The notes below the pieces were generated by a model that was given only the letters and a program-made list of their open reading frames with translations, was not told where the DNA came from and made no database searches. A DNA stretch of 63,075 nucleotides, the filler included, from Chiloscyllium plagiosum (taxonomy: Eukaryota): the NCBI RefSeq assembly GCF_004010195.1. It is 3 parts of one record of this genome, joined end to end, with 100 filler letters (N's around TTAATTAATTAA, not from the genome) between each part and the next. Parts side by side here need not be neighbours in the genome. Positions count along the whole stretch, not along the records: positions 1 to 26,733 come from NC_057717.1; positions 26,834 to 57,327 come from NC_057717.1; 1 more part is not named here. One strand, 5' to 3'. The first letter of the stretch is position 1, and every line of letters starts with the position of its first letter. Shown in pieces: positions 25,561-36,854 of the stretch. The translations under genes were made by a program, and so were the position numbers.

Positions 25561-26104
25561 ATTGTAGACGCTCTGCCTCCACTTGAAATCTTATGGAATG
25601 ACTATCCTGGTGTATGAGCAAATTGAGCTCCAATCCATACAGCGGCTTCATAAAATATCATTAACCGAGATTGTAAATTGTTTAACAGCCTAGCAAGGTT
25701 GCATGGCCTCCTGTTGTACTGTGTAGCGATTTTCGATTTGTTTCTGAAATCAGCGATTCTCCATTCGGGCCATTTGTTGTCAGATAATCAGGTGGAGTTC
25801 GTACTGTCAATGATTCTGCTCCCTGAGAGTTTGAAATGTGAGCACAGAATATAGACTAACATTTGGGGGGTCACTACTCGGTCAAAAATGCGATCTTTCA
25901 GATGCAGCGATAGAACCATTTGCAATATCAGGCATGTGCTCAGTTTTGACCTTCAGACACTGAGGAGGGGGGGGGAGTTCCTATTAGCCTGATGACCATG
26001 CGTCCCCTTAACAACACAACCAATAATCTTCATCATTAGTTTCATTTTTGGCTGTTGTGTTGAAAAATTGCCGCAGTCACCACACATTAAGATAAGCGAT
26101 TGTC

Positions 26105-26490
26105 TTTGAGAGATGACGTTATAGAGGTTTATAAAATCAGGAGGGGCATGGATAGGTTAAATAGGCAAGGTCTTTTCCCTGGGGTAAGGGGGTCCAAAAC
26201 TAGAGGGCATAAGTTTAGTGTGAGATGAGAAAGATATAAAAGAGACCTAAGGGACAACTTTTTCATGCAGAGGGTGGTACGTGTATGGAATGAAGTGCCA
26301 GAGGAAGTGGTGGAGGCTGGTAGAAAAGCAACTTTTAAAAGGCATCTGCATGGACACATGAATAGGAGGGGTTTGGAGGGATATGGCAGGTGGGACTATG
26401 TTGGTTTGGGATACTAGGTCGGCATGGTTGATTTCGACTGAAGGGTTTGTTCCCTGCTGTACATCTCTGTGACTCTATGACTCTATGCAC
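26105..26490 (+). mobile_element. CR1/HER1 LINE 3' end with (gactctat)n tail
   Basis: EVYKIxRGMDR and WNEVPEEVVEAG remnants; tail gactctatgactctatg. Confidence 0.9.
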
Positions 26491-26733
26491 ACTGTTCCCT
26501 GGGGATGAGAATACCACAGACAGCAAAGCCCTAAGGAGATAGGAACATCCTTATCTCAATTTTAAATTGTAGAACCTCTAAATTAAAAAGTGTATGAATC
26601 TCACAGCAAGTCAGCTTCTCTTTTTTGGAAAATGAGGGCACAACCAATAGGAAAGATATAGACCATTCAGCCCCTCAAACCTATCCCACATTTGCATTGA
26701 CTCCGTTCAGTAAAGTATTTATCAAACTCAGCC

Positions 26734-26833
26734 NNNNNNNNNNNNNNNNNNNNNNNNNNNNNNNNNNNNNNNNNNNNTTAATTAATTAANNNNNNNNNNN
26801 NNNNNNNNNNNNNNNNNNNNNNNNNNNNNNNNN
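26734..26833. other. Assembly linker N44-TTAATTAATTAA-N44
   Basis: Exactly 100 bp; the 12-mer places stops in all six frames. Confidence 0.95.
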
Positions 26834-27049
26834 CTCTCCCTCATTATGGGCATTTAAGTGGGCATTTGATAGGCATATGGAGGATAGTGGGCTAGTGTAG
26901 GTAAGGTGGGCTTGGATCGGCGCAACATCGAGGACCGAAGGGCCTGTACTGCGCTGTATTCTTCTATGTTCTATTTTCTATGCAGACCACAGCAGTGCAT
27001 TGATGTATAAACCTAGATGAGATATGCGACCCGGGTGTGTAACTGTGTC

Positions 27050-28190
27050 TATCACCCCAGTACATTTCTCAGAACACTGCGTTAGATCGCTGCCCAGTGT
27101 GGGTTAACTTGCAGCCCATCCTGGAAGTGACAGGACGTGCATTTCCCGTCCATTTCCAGCTCCATATTTACACAGTGCCATGATAAGGGGTGCTGTGGGT
27201 GTGAGAATTATGGCCAGAGAGAGATCGCTGGGGAGTCGGTTCAAATATCCCTAAATGGGAGGGGTTTGGTGTTTAGACAGAGACCGCGAGATTCAAAGAC
27301 AATATCATGGAAAGATGTGCTCACAGGTTCCAGAAGGTTGAAATATAGATATTCCAATAGTTTTCTGCAGCATAAGCCAGTGTTTCCAGAAATGATGGGA
27401 GAATGGGATATTGCTGAGAGGTCAGATGATGGAGAGTTTGGGATGAGCTTTTTGTTCTGCAGCTTTGTAACTAGGACTAGGACCAGCAAAGTCATCAACT
27501 CATTGGGCTGAATCTAACAATAATTTGTCTCAGTGACATTTTCTTTGAGTGTGAAAGGAATCGTCTGCACGTGGCCGAACTAATGTCCTGGTGCTATCTT
27601 ATCGAACTCGCCTCATCTCATGGTGACCCCCCATTCAATGCTAGTCCAATTCTTCCACCCATCATGACTGTAGGTAATCACTATCGCCCGAATGCCCTGA
27701 ATATTCCATGATCCCTGGCACTGGTGCCAGCTTTAAAAGGCCAATGGCACATCGTTGAGCTTTCTCAGTTCGGAGCTGCCCCGCACAGTTTACCCTGAGC
27801 AGGGCAGTTAAGGGGCAATTACACCACGGTTTGTCGACAGGGGCACGGAGGTCCTGGTGAATGGGCCAGTACAGAGGGAGATCATTCTCTTTCCAGAGGG
27901 GACCACACCACCAGACCCACCGAGCATGGTCTACCTCCCCACCCAGCTCAGTGCAGTATCTGCAGTCTGATGAAATGTCCAGCAACACAGGTCAAGCATC
28001 AATAACCTTCCCCGCTCTGTCAGGATAAGGGTCAGCGTATTCTGTCTGCTCCCTCCCACTCACTGTGTATCTGTTATAGCACCTACCCCGAACAAGGCTC
28101 ATGCTCCAACACTTTTACTCCGATATGCAGCACCTTCCATCACCCCCCCCCCCCTCCCCACCACTCTCTCTCTCTCTATCTCTCTCTCTC
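27050..28190 (-). repeat. Third, inverted and more diverged copy of the region upstream of the GPCR exon (equivalent to ~14570-15565 and ~47580-48560)
   Basis: The reverse complement of 27961-28110 matches 14623-14775 (gtgttgga.catgagccttgttcgggg.tag...). The reverse complement of 27052-27250 matches 15365-15565. Confidence 0.9.
27805..28030 (+). mobile_element. Harbinger Myb/SANT-like DNA-binding protein remnant
   Basis: Frame reads TPRFVDRGTEVLVNGPVQREIILFP...TQLSAVSAV**NVQQHRSSINNLPRSVR, resembling APRFxDxxLEVLVxxVxxRxxxLFP...VSAVSxxxRxxQQCRKKxNDLxRSAR. Confidence 0.7.
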
Positions 28191-29134
28191 TATANNNNNN
28201 NNNNNNNNNNNNNNNNNNNNNNNNNNNNNNNNNNNNNNNNNNNNNNNNNNNNNNNNNNNNNNNNNNNNNNNNNNNNNNNNNNNNNNNNNNNNNNNNNNNN
28301 NNNNNNNNNNNNNNNNNNNNNNNNNNNNNNNNNNNNNNNNNNNNNNNNNNNNNNNNNNNNNNNNNNNNTGGACAGGAGGGTGGGCTCACAACACATCGTC
28401 ACCACCACCTCCAGGAAGCGAGCATGGAGACTCCCTCCTACACCTCGTCCTGTAAACAGCTCAGATACTGAAACTAATCTGTGATAGTTACTCCTCTCCC
28501 CACTTGTCCTGACATCTTCAATAATCTGTGCTCATTTACACCCAGGGCCTTCTGTTCCTGCATCCCCTTTTATAACCGTACAGCCTGTTTTATACTGTAT
28601 TTCAATGTCCTTCCTACCGAAGTGCATCACCTCGCACTGCTCTGCATTAATCCTCATCTGCCATAAACCTGAAAACTACACCAATGTGTCACTGTCCTGT
28701 TGGAGTTCCACACTGTCCATCACAAACTTTATAATTCTTCCAGGTTTGGTATTTGCATGTCCTACAGTCACACGCCACACGGAAATACCGATTCACTCAC
28801 TATTTTCAGCAAGTGCAATAATCACACACTCCCTGAGGACAGACTTAAATACTGACACACATCTGACAAAGCAAGTGAAATGTTGACAAGGTCACCGTGG
28901 AGCAAGAGAAATACCGGCAGACATTCCATGTCTGTATTAGTTTCTGCGTATTAATGAGTTTCTCTAAATCTCTGTATCAGTGTGTGTGTGTATATCTGTG
29001 TGTGTCAGTGTGGGACGAGTCTGGCAGTCACGACGGTGCTTACAGTGATGTAATATCCACCTGACACGAGTTCTGAGGAATGGTCACTCGACCTAAAACG
29101 GTAACTTTCATTTCTGTCCACAGATGCTGCCAGA

Positions 29135-29313
29135 CCTGCTGAGCTATATTTTGCTGTCAGTCTCTGCTGGTCTCCCCACAGCACTGTACAGCTTGGAGTG
29201 GAGGGTAAAAATCATCAGGGATTCCCTGCTGAGCTTTATTTTGTTGTCAGTCTCTGTTCGTCTCCCCACAGCACTGTACAGCTTGGTGGGGAGGGTAAAA
29301 ATCATCAGGGATT
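29135..29313 (+). repeat. ~90-bp tandem duplication
   Basis: cctgctgagct.tattttg.tgtcagtctctg...gagggtaaaaatcatcagggattc occurs twice. Confidence 0.9.
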
Positions 29314-30808
29314 CAGTTTACGAGGGACAGAGGGAGGGCAGCAGCTCACAGCATCATCAACAAAAACACACACACACACACACAGAGACAGTCACAGGCA
29401 CACAGACACACACACACTCAGAGAAATAGACACATAACATGTGCAGAGAGATAGATACACACAGAGGGGCACACAGATATACATATAAACGCACACAAAT
29501 AGACAAGCGCGGACAGAAATGCGCAGATACATGCTTGGACATACAAACACACTTGGAGCCAGAGAGTTACACTGAGTGTTTGTAAACAGACCTATCGGCC
29601 CATACAGTCCATGCGGATGATAATCTCAAACTAAGCCAGTCCCACCTGCATGCGCTTGGACCATATTTTCCCAAACCTTCCCTTATACTTGAACTTCATC
29701 AACTGTCTTTTAAACGTTGTAACTTTACCCACATCCATCACTTCTCAGGACGTTCGTTCCATACACGAACCAAATGATGTGAAATCACAACGCACTTCAT
29801 GGTCACTGTGTTTTCTATAAATTAGTTACGACTTCATGACTGTTCTTTCATATATTCTTCACTTCTTGCCACTATTATTGTTCATGTTGAGACTCTGAAT
29901 CCAGATATTCACTCTGTAGACCACTATTAACTACAGCAGTGAACTTGTCCAATTACTTTCTCCCTCCTTGCTTCTGGCAGTGTTACTCATGGGTCTCTAT
30001 GTTGACCTACTCAGTTTCAGATGTGAACCATTGTCTCACTGTTCTTGTTATTTAAATATTGGGAGCGTGGAGGTGATTGACCTCTATTATGTTTACAAGC
30101 TCCATTTCCTTCCTGGGACTCCATCTCATCCTTGACCAATTCTTTTTTCATTCATTTGTCGGACTTGGGCATTGCTGGATGGCCCGCATTGATAGCCCAT
30201 CCTTATTTGACCGTGAGAAGGTGATGGTGAGCTGCGTTCTTGAATCGCTGCAGGCCACTTGTTGTCGGTTGACCTATAATGCCGGTACGAAGGGAATTCC
30301 AGGAGTCTGACTCAACTACCTTATATTTCTAAGTCAGGGTAGTAAGTGGCTTGAAGGGGAACTTGTAGGTGGTGGCTAAAACAGATGAGTCACAACTTTG
30401 GTGATCCATTTGGCCATGAGCTGATTTCTAACACTATGCCTTGACCATTATTAACTTTAACTACTCACTGTGACAGAATGTACTTCACTCACTTAATGAT
30501 GACAACAATCTGCTGCTGACACTCTCGGGTTGAAACCTGCAGAAACAAATCTGATTTGAACTCATCCCAAAATCCCATCCATCTGACATTCCTGCGCACG
30601 TTGATCTATATCGCTATTGTGAATGGCAATGCCTTTATTTTAATAGTCTCAAACACTTTAACTCATCTGTCCATGAAGGTTCTCTCAGTCTCTCTGTGTC
30701 GATTATCCAAATCCCTGCCTGTGGTTCATATTTAACCTGGTTTCCTTCAAGTGTAGTTTCTCTTAAATAATGATTTTTCACATTCAACTACCCCAAATAC
30801 ACGCCCCC

Positions 30809-30809
<1 letters not shown>

Positions 30810-30847
<38 letters not shown>
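30810..30847 (+). repeat. (CA)n microsatellite
   Basis: Direct observation. Confidence 0.95.
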
Positions 30848-30849
<2 letters not shown>

Positions 30850-31619
30850 TATACTGGTCCAATGGAGATAGGAATCGTCCCCTGCTGTGTGAATTTGATC
30901 TGTGTATCGTTCCCATGTGATAGTAAAGGTTTGCAATACTCACAATGTTGGGCAGATAAACCAGTTTACTGTGCAATGCACTAGCATAGTCTGCAGAGCG
31001 CTCCATGTTGGTCAGTCATCTGTTCCCAGTTTATGCTGTTTGAAGTGTTCTGTGAAAACAATTCAGAATTCGATGTAACAAACCATTTCAGCTGATCTGA
31101 AAATACCTTTATTCAATGTTCTCATTCTTGTAATTTTGCGCTCTAATGGGTCAGTCCTCCAGTTAGTCCCACTACCCAGTCTTTTTTCTCCATATTTCCA
31201 CAACATGTTCTCAGTTATTTAAATGTCTGTTTCTGTATTTAATGTGAATTTCTCTGTCCCTCTGTATCTTTCCATGGCCTTGGTTTTTGGCTCCCTAGTG
31301 TATCGAGTGCTGACAGTGCGAAGATCAGAAACAGTGAAATCGTGTGTCTTGGGCTGTTGTTAACTTCCCAGTGTGTCCCATGTGGTGTTCCATGTCGGGT
31401 TTGGGTGTGTGTGTCGGGCTGTTGTTCACTTCCCGATGTATCCTATGTGGTGCTCCATGTTGGATAGAGGTTTCAGCGGTTTTGACTCAAGTCTTTGGAA
31501 GATGGCCTGTGCCTGTCCACTGAACGTCTGACTTTTGTGTTTGTCCCTCTGAATTGATCGTGTCGTCAGTAACGTGGAGAATCCCCTTGAGTATTATTGT
31601 AAAGCACGAGGTATCTAAC

Positions 31620-34600
31620 ATCTGCCAATGTTGTCACTTTAAAAAATATATTGTCTCCTTTTCTTTAAAGAGAGATCTTAAAGGCCGAACTGCCTACTGC
31701 AACTGGCTGAAGTAAATAACATAGGAGGCGTTTAGGTTTTCTTTTTATAAATATTGATTACAATGGCCAGCTCTCACAGACCAGGCTTTCCAGGTTTTCT
31801 GACCTATAATTGTCACCAGATGCTTACAGTCGGAGATAGGTTGGATGCTTCAATAAATGATCTCTCGCTACTATTCTCTCTGAAATCTGTCTTGATACTG
31901 TGTCCTCGTGGATTGGAGAACTGCGTGCAAGATTGATTGGCCTTGGGTGTGTCTTTCTGCCAAGGGATGAGATTATGGAATGTTAGTATATGGGAATATT
32001 TCATTACAAGACGGTACTGTATCTATTATTCACTTAAGGTTCCCAGAGGTTAAGGTATTCTAAACTTCTCTTCTTTTATATGTATTTTTATTTGAGTGTT
32101 TAAATAAACGGTGTTTTGCTTACAGTTGAGTGGTTTGACCAGCCGCAACACATCTGGACTACCCATTTCACATCTACATTTACTGTAAGGTAGTGGGGCA
32201 ACATGGTTGCTCAGTGGTTAGCACGGCTGCCTCACAGCACAAGAGACTCAGGTTCAAGTTAACATGGCCATTTCGACTAACCTGCATTTCTTTGGGCTGT
32301 GGGTGGAAAATGGAGCACCTGGAGAAAACCCACGAGGGGACGGAGAGAATGTACACAGGGAGATTGTTGGGCTCAAAGGCAGCGTCTTATAGTTGTTAGT
32401 GTCTCTTGGTCTGGGTGTTGAATTCGTTTGGTTTGTACAGTGATTTGTGTAGTAATGTCTATTTCTGTCTCTAAGAGTTTTCTGGGTTTGGAAGAAGTAA
32501 AGTTGGAGATTTTACAAAAGGTGAGCAAAGCAAAGCTTTTAGAATTGGCAGAGAGGCTGGAGTTGGGTTTGTGTTTTTCTGTGAGAAAAGGAGTGACAAT
32601 TGCAGCTGTAGTTTGTCATTTAAAGTTTGGCGGAACCACCATCGGAATCTTTGGTAATGGCTAGAATTCAATTGCAGATGAGGCAGCTTGAACACAAAAA
32701 GGAATTGAGACAGTTTGAATTAAGATTAAAAGTAGAATTAAAAGAAGAGGAGAGGAAGAAGAAAGACAAAAAAAAGAAGAAAAGCATAAAGCGAGAAAGT
32801 TTCAACTTCAAAAGTTAGCATCTTGAAAGGGAATCGACTTAGCAGGGTGGAGATGTAGGTAGACGGTGGGTTGAATGAGGAGGATAGTGAGGATGAGCAA
32901 CTCTACGGTCGCCAAAGGCCTGATGGGGAACTGTTTAAATATGTACAGGCATTGTTTAAATTTGATGAGAATGATGTAGAAGTCTTTTCAACTTATTTTG
33001 AGAAAGTTGCTACATGAATGCAATGGCCACTGACCATGTAGATTTAGTTGATCCAAACAAAGTTGGTAGGCATACGGAGTGGGATATTTGCACCCCTATC
33101 GAAAGAGGTATCTAGCCAGAATGAGGGGATGAAGAAAGCCATCTGAAGTGCATATGAGCTTGTGCCAGAAGCCGACAGACAGTGTTTTAGAATGTAAAAT
33201 TGTGTCCCTGGTTAAACGTACATTAAGTTTGAAAGGATCAAACAAAGTAATTTTGAAAGGTGAGTCAGGGTATTAAAAACAGAGCAACTATAACACTCTT
33301 AGAGAGGTTCTTACTTTGGCGGAGTTTAAAAAAAACTCACTTCCTGCAGTCGTGAGAAAAAGAAAGAAGAAAAGCATAAAGCGAGAAAGTTTCAACTTCA
33401 AAAGTTAGCAACTTGAAAGGGAATCGACTTAGCAGGGTGGAGATGTAAGTAGACGGTGGGTTGAATGAGGAGGATAGTGAGGATGAGCAACTCTACGGTA
33501 GCCAAAGGCCTGATGGGGTTCTGTTTAATTATGTACAGGCATTGTTTAAATTTGATGAGAATAATGTAGAAGTCTTTTCAACTTCTTTTGAGAAAGTGGC
33601 TACACGAATGCAATGGCCACTGACCATGTAGATTTAGTTGATCCAAACAAAGTTGGTAGGTATACGGAGTGGGATATTTGCATCCCTATCGAAAGAGGTA
33701 TCTAGCCAGAATGAGGGGATGAAGAAAGCCATCTGAAGTGCATATGAGCTTGTGCCAGAAGCCGACAGACAGTGTTTTAGAATGTAAAATTGTGTCCCTG
33801 GTTAAACGTACATTGAGTTTGAAAGGATCAAACAAAGTAATTTTGAAAGGTGAGTCAGGGTATTAAAAACAGAGCAACTATAACACTCTTAGAGAGATTC
33901 TTACTTTGGCGGAGTTAAAAAAAAACTCACTTGCTGCAGTCGTGAGAACTCAGGTGGAAGAGCAGTGAGTTGAAATGGCATGCTTAGAATCTGAAATGGC
34001 TAATGGCGTTCAGTTGGACCATAAATCAAAGTTTAGCTTCTGGGAGGGCTTGAGAAGAATGTGCAAGATCTTAAAATGTATACCTGTGCATAAGGTTTAG
34101 TGGCATATGCCAGGAGTAGCAGGCAAAGGGGTTACAGCATTAAGAGGTACAGAAAGATGTACATCTATTAAGCTGAGACATGAGGAGATATGTCATTGAG
34201 AAGGGCTATGAGGGAGATGAGAAGTGCTCCATTATGTAACGTGTGGTGGAGTGTCCAGTGGAAACATCAACAGAAATATTTCACAACTGGGAAGGATGCC
34301 TTGCGCTTGGTGTTGGCGTTACAATATTTCAGCATTTAAATTGCCAATAACGTGTCTGAGACAAGTATACATATATGATCATAACGCCTGAAGGCTTTTA
34401 GAGAAATTTAGGAAGAATGCTTCCAATCTGTTCAGATAGAGTTATTATTTTTGCCATTCAATTTGGAAGTTATACAAGTGACAGGACGAGAAACTGTACT
34501 TGCTGGCAAGTTGTCGAGACTTGGATGAAGGAAAACAGAAGCGTTCTGTGGCAGAAGTAAACTGACTGAAATAGAATGGAGTTGTGAATGTTTGCATGCT

Positions 34601-35407
34601 TAGTGTCAATGCAATACTATGTATTGTAGTCTACTGAACCAATACGAATAATGGGGTTTAAAATGAGGCCATCTTTGTATATTGTTGGTTCTTTTATTTT
34701 CAAACGGTTAGTTGTGACCATGCTATCACTTTTAAAAAGTTATTTTCTCTTGGGTTTGTTTTTTTGAAAAGAGGTCTTAAAGGCAGAGATGCCGAACTTC
34801 CGCCTGAAAACAGCTTAAGTAAATACCTGAGAAGGCCTTTAGGTTTTATTAAAACGTTGGTAACAAGGGAAGGGCAGTGGCCACCTCTCCCAGACCAGGT
34901 TTCCTCGTTTTGTTTTTAGCTGCAGCATTCAGAAGTTGCTTGGAATCCCAGAAGGGTTGGAAGTTTCAATACATGATCACCAGCTGCTATTCTGGGTTGG
35001 AAGTTTCAATACATGATCACCAGCTGCTATTCTCACTGAAAACTCGCTTATAGTTGCTTCCTACTGGATTGGAATACTGCACATACGATTTTGTGTTTGA
35101 ATTTACCTTTATGCCGGCGGTTTGTTTATGGGATGTTCCTGTATTAGCACAGTTAATTAGTAGAAGGCACCGTATTTATTGTTTGCATAGGTATTCCAGT
35201 AGAGAAGCTATCCCAAATTTTTCTTCTCTTTGATTGTGTCTTAATTGGAACCCTTGAATGGATTGCATTTTGCTTCACATTGAGTGAGTGATCAGTTGCA
35301 AGCACATCTGGAACACACAGTTCACATCTACACTTAAAATAAGGAAAAGTTAAGGTCGAGGCTCCCAGTTTAAAATATGTTGAGGTGGTCTGGCCTGGTC
35401 CATAACA
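31620..35407 (+). mobile_element. Internally deleted Gmr1-like Gypsy LTR retrotransposon: 5' LTR ~31620-32190, gag ~32455-33990, protease trace ~34130, RNase H ~34260-34520, 3' LTR 34713-35407
   Basis: Gag: KAKLLELAERLEL, ESLVMARIQLQMRQLE, LFKYVQALxKFDExDVEVFFxxFEKVA. RNase H remnant: HQQKY...LALVLALQYF...DHN...LFRxSxxxxPFNL...GRExVxAxxLSR. The 3' LTR has TG...CA ends. Confidence 0.85.
32773..33948 (+). repeat. 590-bp tandem duplication inside the decayed gag
   Basis: aaagaagaaaagcataaagcgagaaag at 32773 and 33363; both copies share the same stop codons. Confidence 0.95.
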
Positions 35408-35659
35408 CTTGTAGCTGTGGGGCTTCTGATTGTCTCCTGTTATTGAAAAGTTAGTGGAGGGGCTGGGGATGGTTTGCTGGAGGTTGTGCTGTGAGTTGTC
35501 TCAGATATTCAGGGAGACCTGAGGATTTGGTGGACCAACTCTATGTGGAGCCTGGGGACTGTAGTTACAGCATCTGGGTGTGTAACATGAACAACAAATG
35601 AAGCGGAGGCTGCAGAGAGGGGAAGCTCTGAAACTACGGAGTTAGTGTGTGTGGGGAAA

Positions 35660-36410
35660 GGGATCTGCTGGACCCACCAGGTGTTTTCCAGGAACAGCTT
35701 CCCAAGCTCCACTTAACCCAGGAGCACAGTGTGAGGGGTCCCTGACTGAACAAGGAGTTGGGCATAGAGCGGAGTGTCACCTCGTTCAACACGACCTGCA
35801 GCTTCACACCAGGGGGAGGGTGGTGCTGCCAGTGGCTGTTAGGATCACAGTTTCAGTCAGCTTCTATGATCCAGAACTTTCCAGGCAGGACTGGGACATA
35901 GCCATCATCTCCCAATATCTCAGCATCAATGTCACCATTTGGTGACGGAGGATATACATGCTGGATGAGGTGAGTGTTTTCTCTCTCAGCAGAGAATTGC
36001 CGGGTGTATCCGTGTTTTCTCAGCATAGCAGGATTCCCGATGATGTACATGGCGCTGTGGGGTCCCCATGTTAATGAGGAGAGCTACAGGAACTGAAGGA
36101 ACTCTAACCTCATTAATGTTACAGTGCGTCCATGCACAGTACAGTATGTTGGTGAATACCACTGTCCTGGTAGCAGCCACTGCCTCTTCATTCAGAAACA
36201 GTCAGCCATTCCCATCATCTTTGAGTCTCCATTCGGAAAGAAAGGATAGCCTTTCGGATAACGGCTGTCTCCTTGGTACACGGCACAAAACACCCTCTCC
36301 CTGACCACTCCCCACCGCCAACTAACCATATCAAACTATCCCGTGTGTACTGAGAGCAATGGGTCCACTGGGAATGCCAGGGAGAAGACCTTCAGGGAGA
36401 AGGAGCAACA
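35660..36410 (+). mobile_element. Harbinger/PIF (HARBI1-like) DDE transposase pseudogene
   Basis: Remnants in the expected order: LTQEHSV, LPVAVRITVSVSFY, ISQ, IAGFPMMYMALWGPHV (resembling GFPxVQGAIDCTHV), YRNxRNSxLINV (resembling NRKGFHSLNVQ), GKKG*P (resembling GDKGYP). Confidence 0.8.
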
Positions 36411-36854
36411 CTTCCCATGTCTGAATGGGTCAGAGTGAACTCTCCAGTACAATTTGTATCACTATGTCGTGTAATCCCTCTCCATTTCAGAAACATATTG
36501 CCTTCTATTCTTCCTGAAAAAGCTGGCAGGTAATATATTCCATTATATTCCACTTGACAAAGTATTATTCATTGACTTTAGCTTTCATATCAATTTGCAG
36601 ACTCTACACATTCTCTTGATAACTTAATGTCTTGCTTATCTTAGTGTCATCACCAAACTTAGTAGCAGCACATCGGTTCTATCATCTTGATCATTGATAT
36701 CTATTGTAAACAGTTGAGGACCCTGCACTGGTCACTATGTGTCAACACTGTCACGTTCTGTGGAACTGATTAAGACAGATTTATCTGAAGTGCCTGCTTC
36801 CTGTCTGATAACCAGACCTCCCCATTCCTGTGTAATAACGTCGAAGGTCTGAAT

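Noticed and set aside
26778..26789. Biological palindrome TTAATTAATTAA
   Set aside because: Centred in a fixed-length N spacer and repeated identically; an assembly linker.
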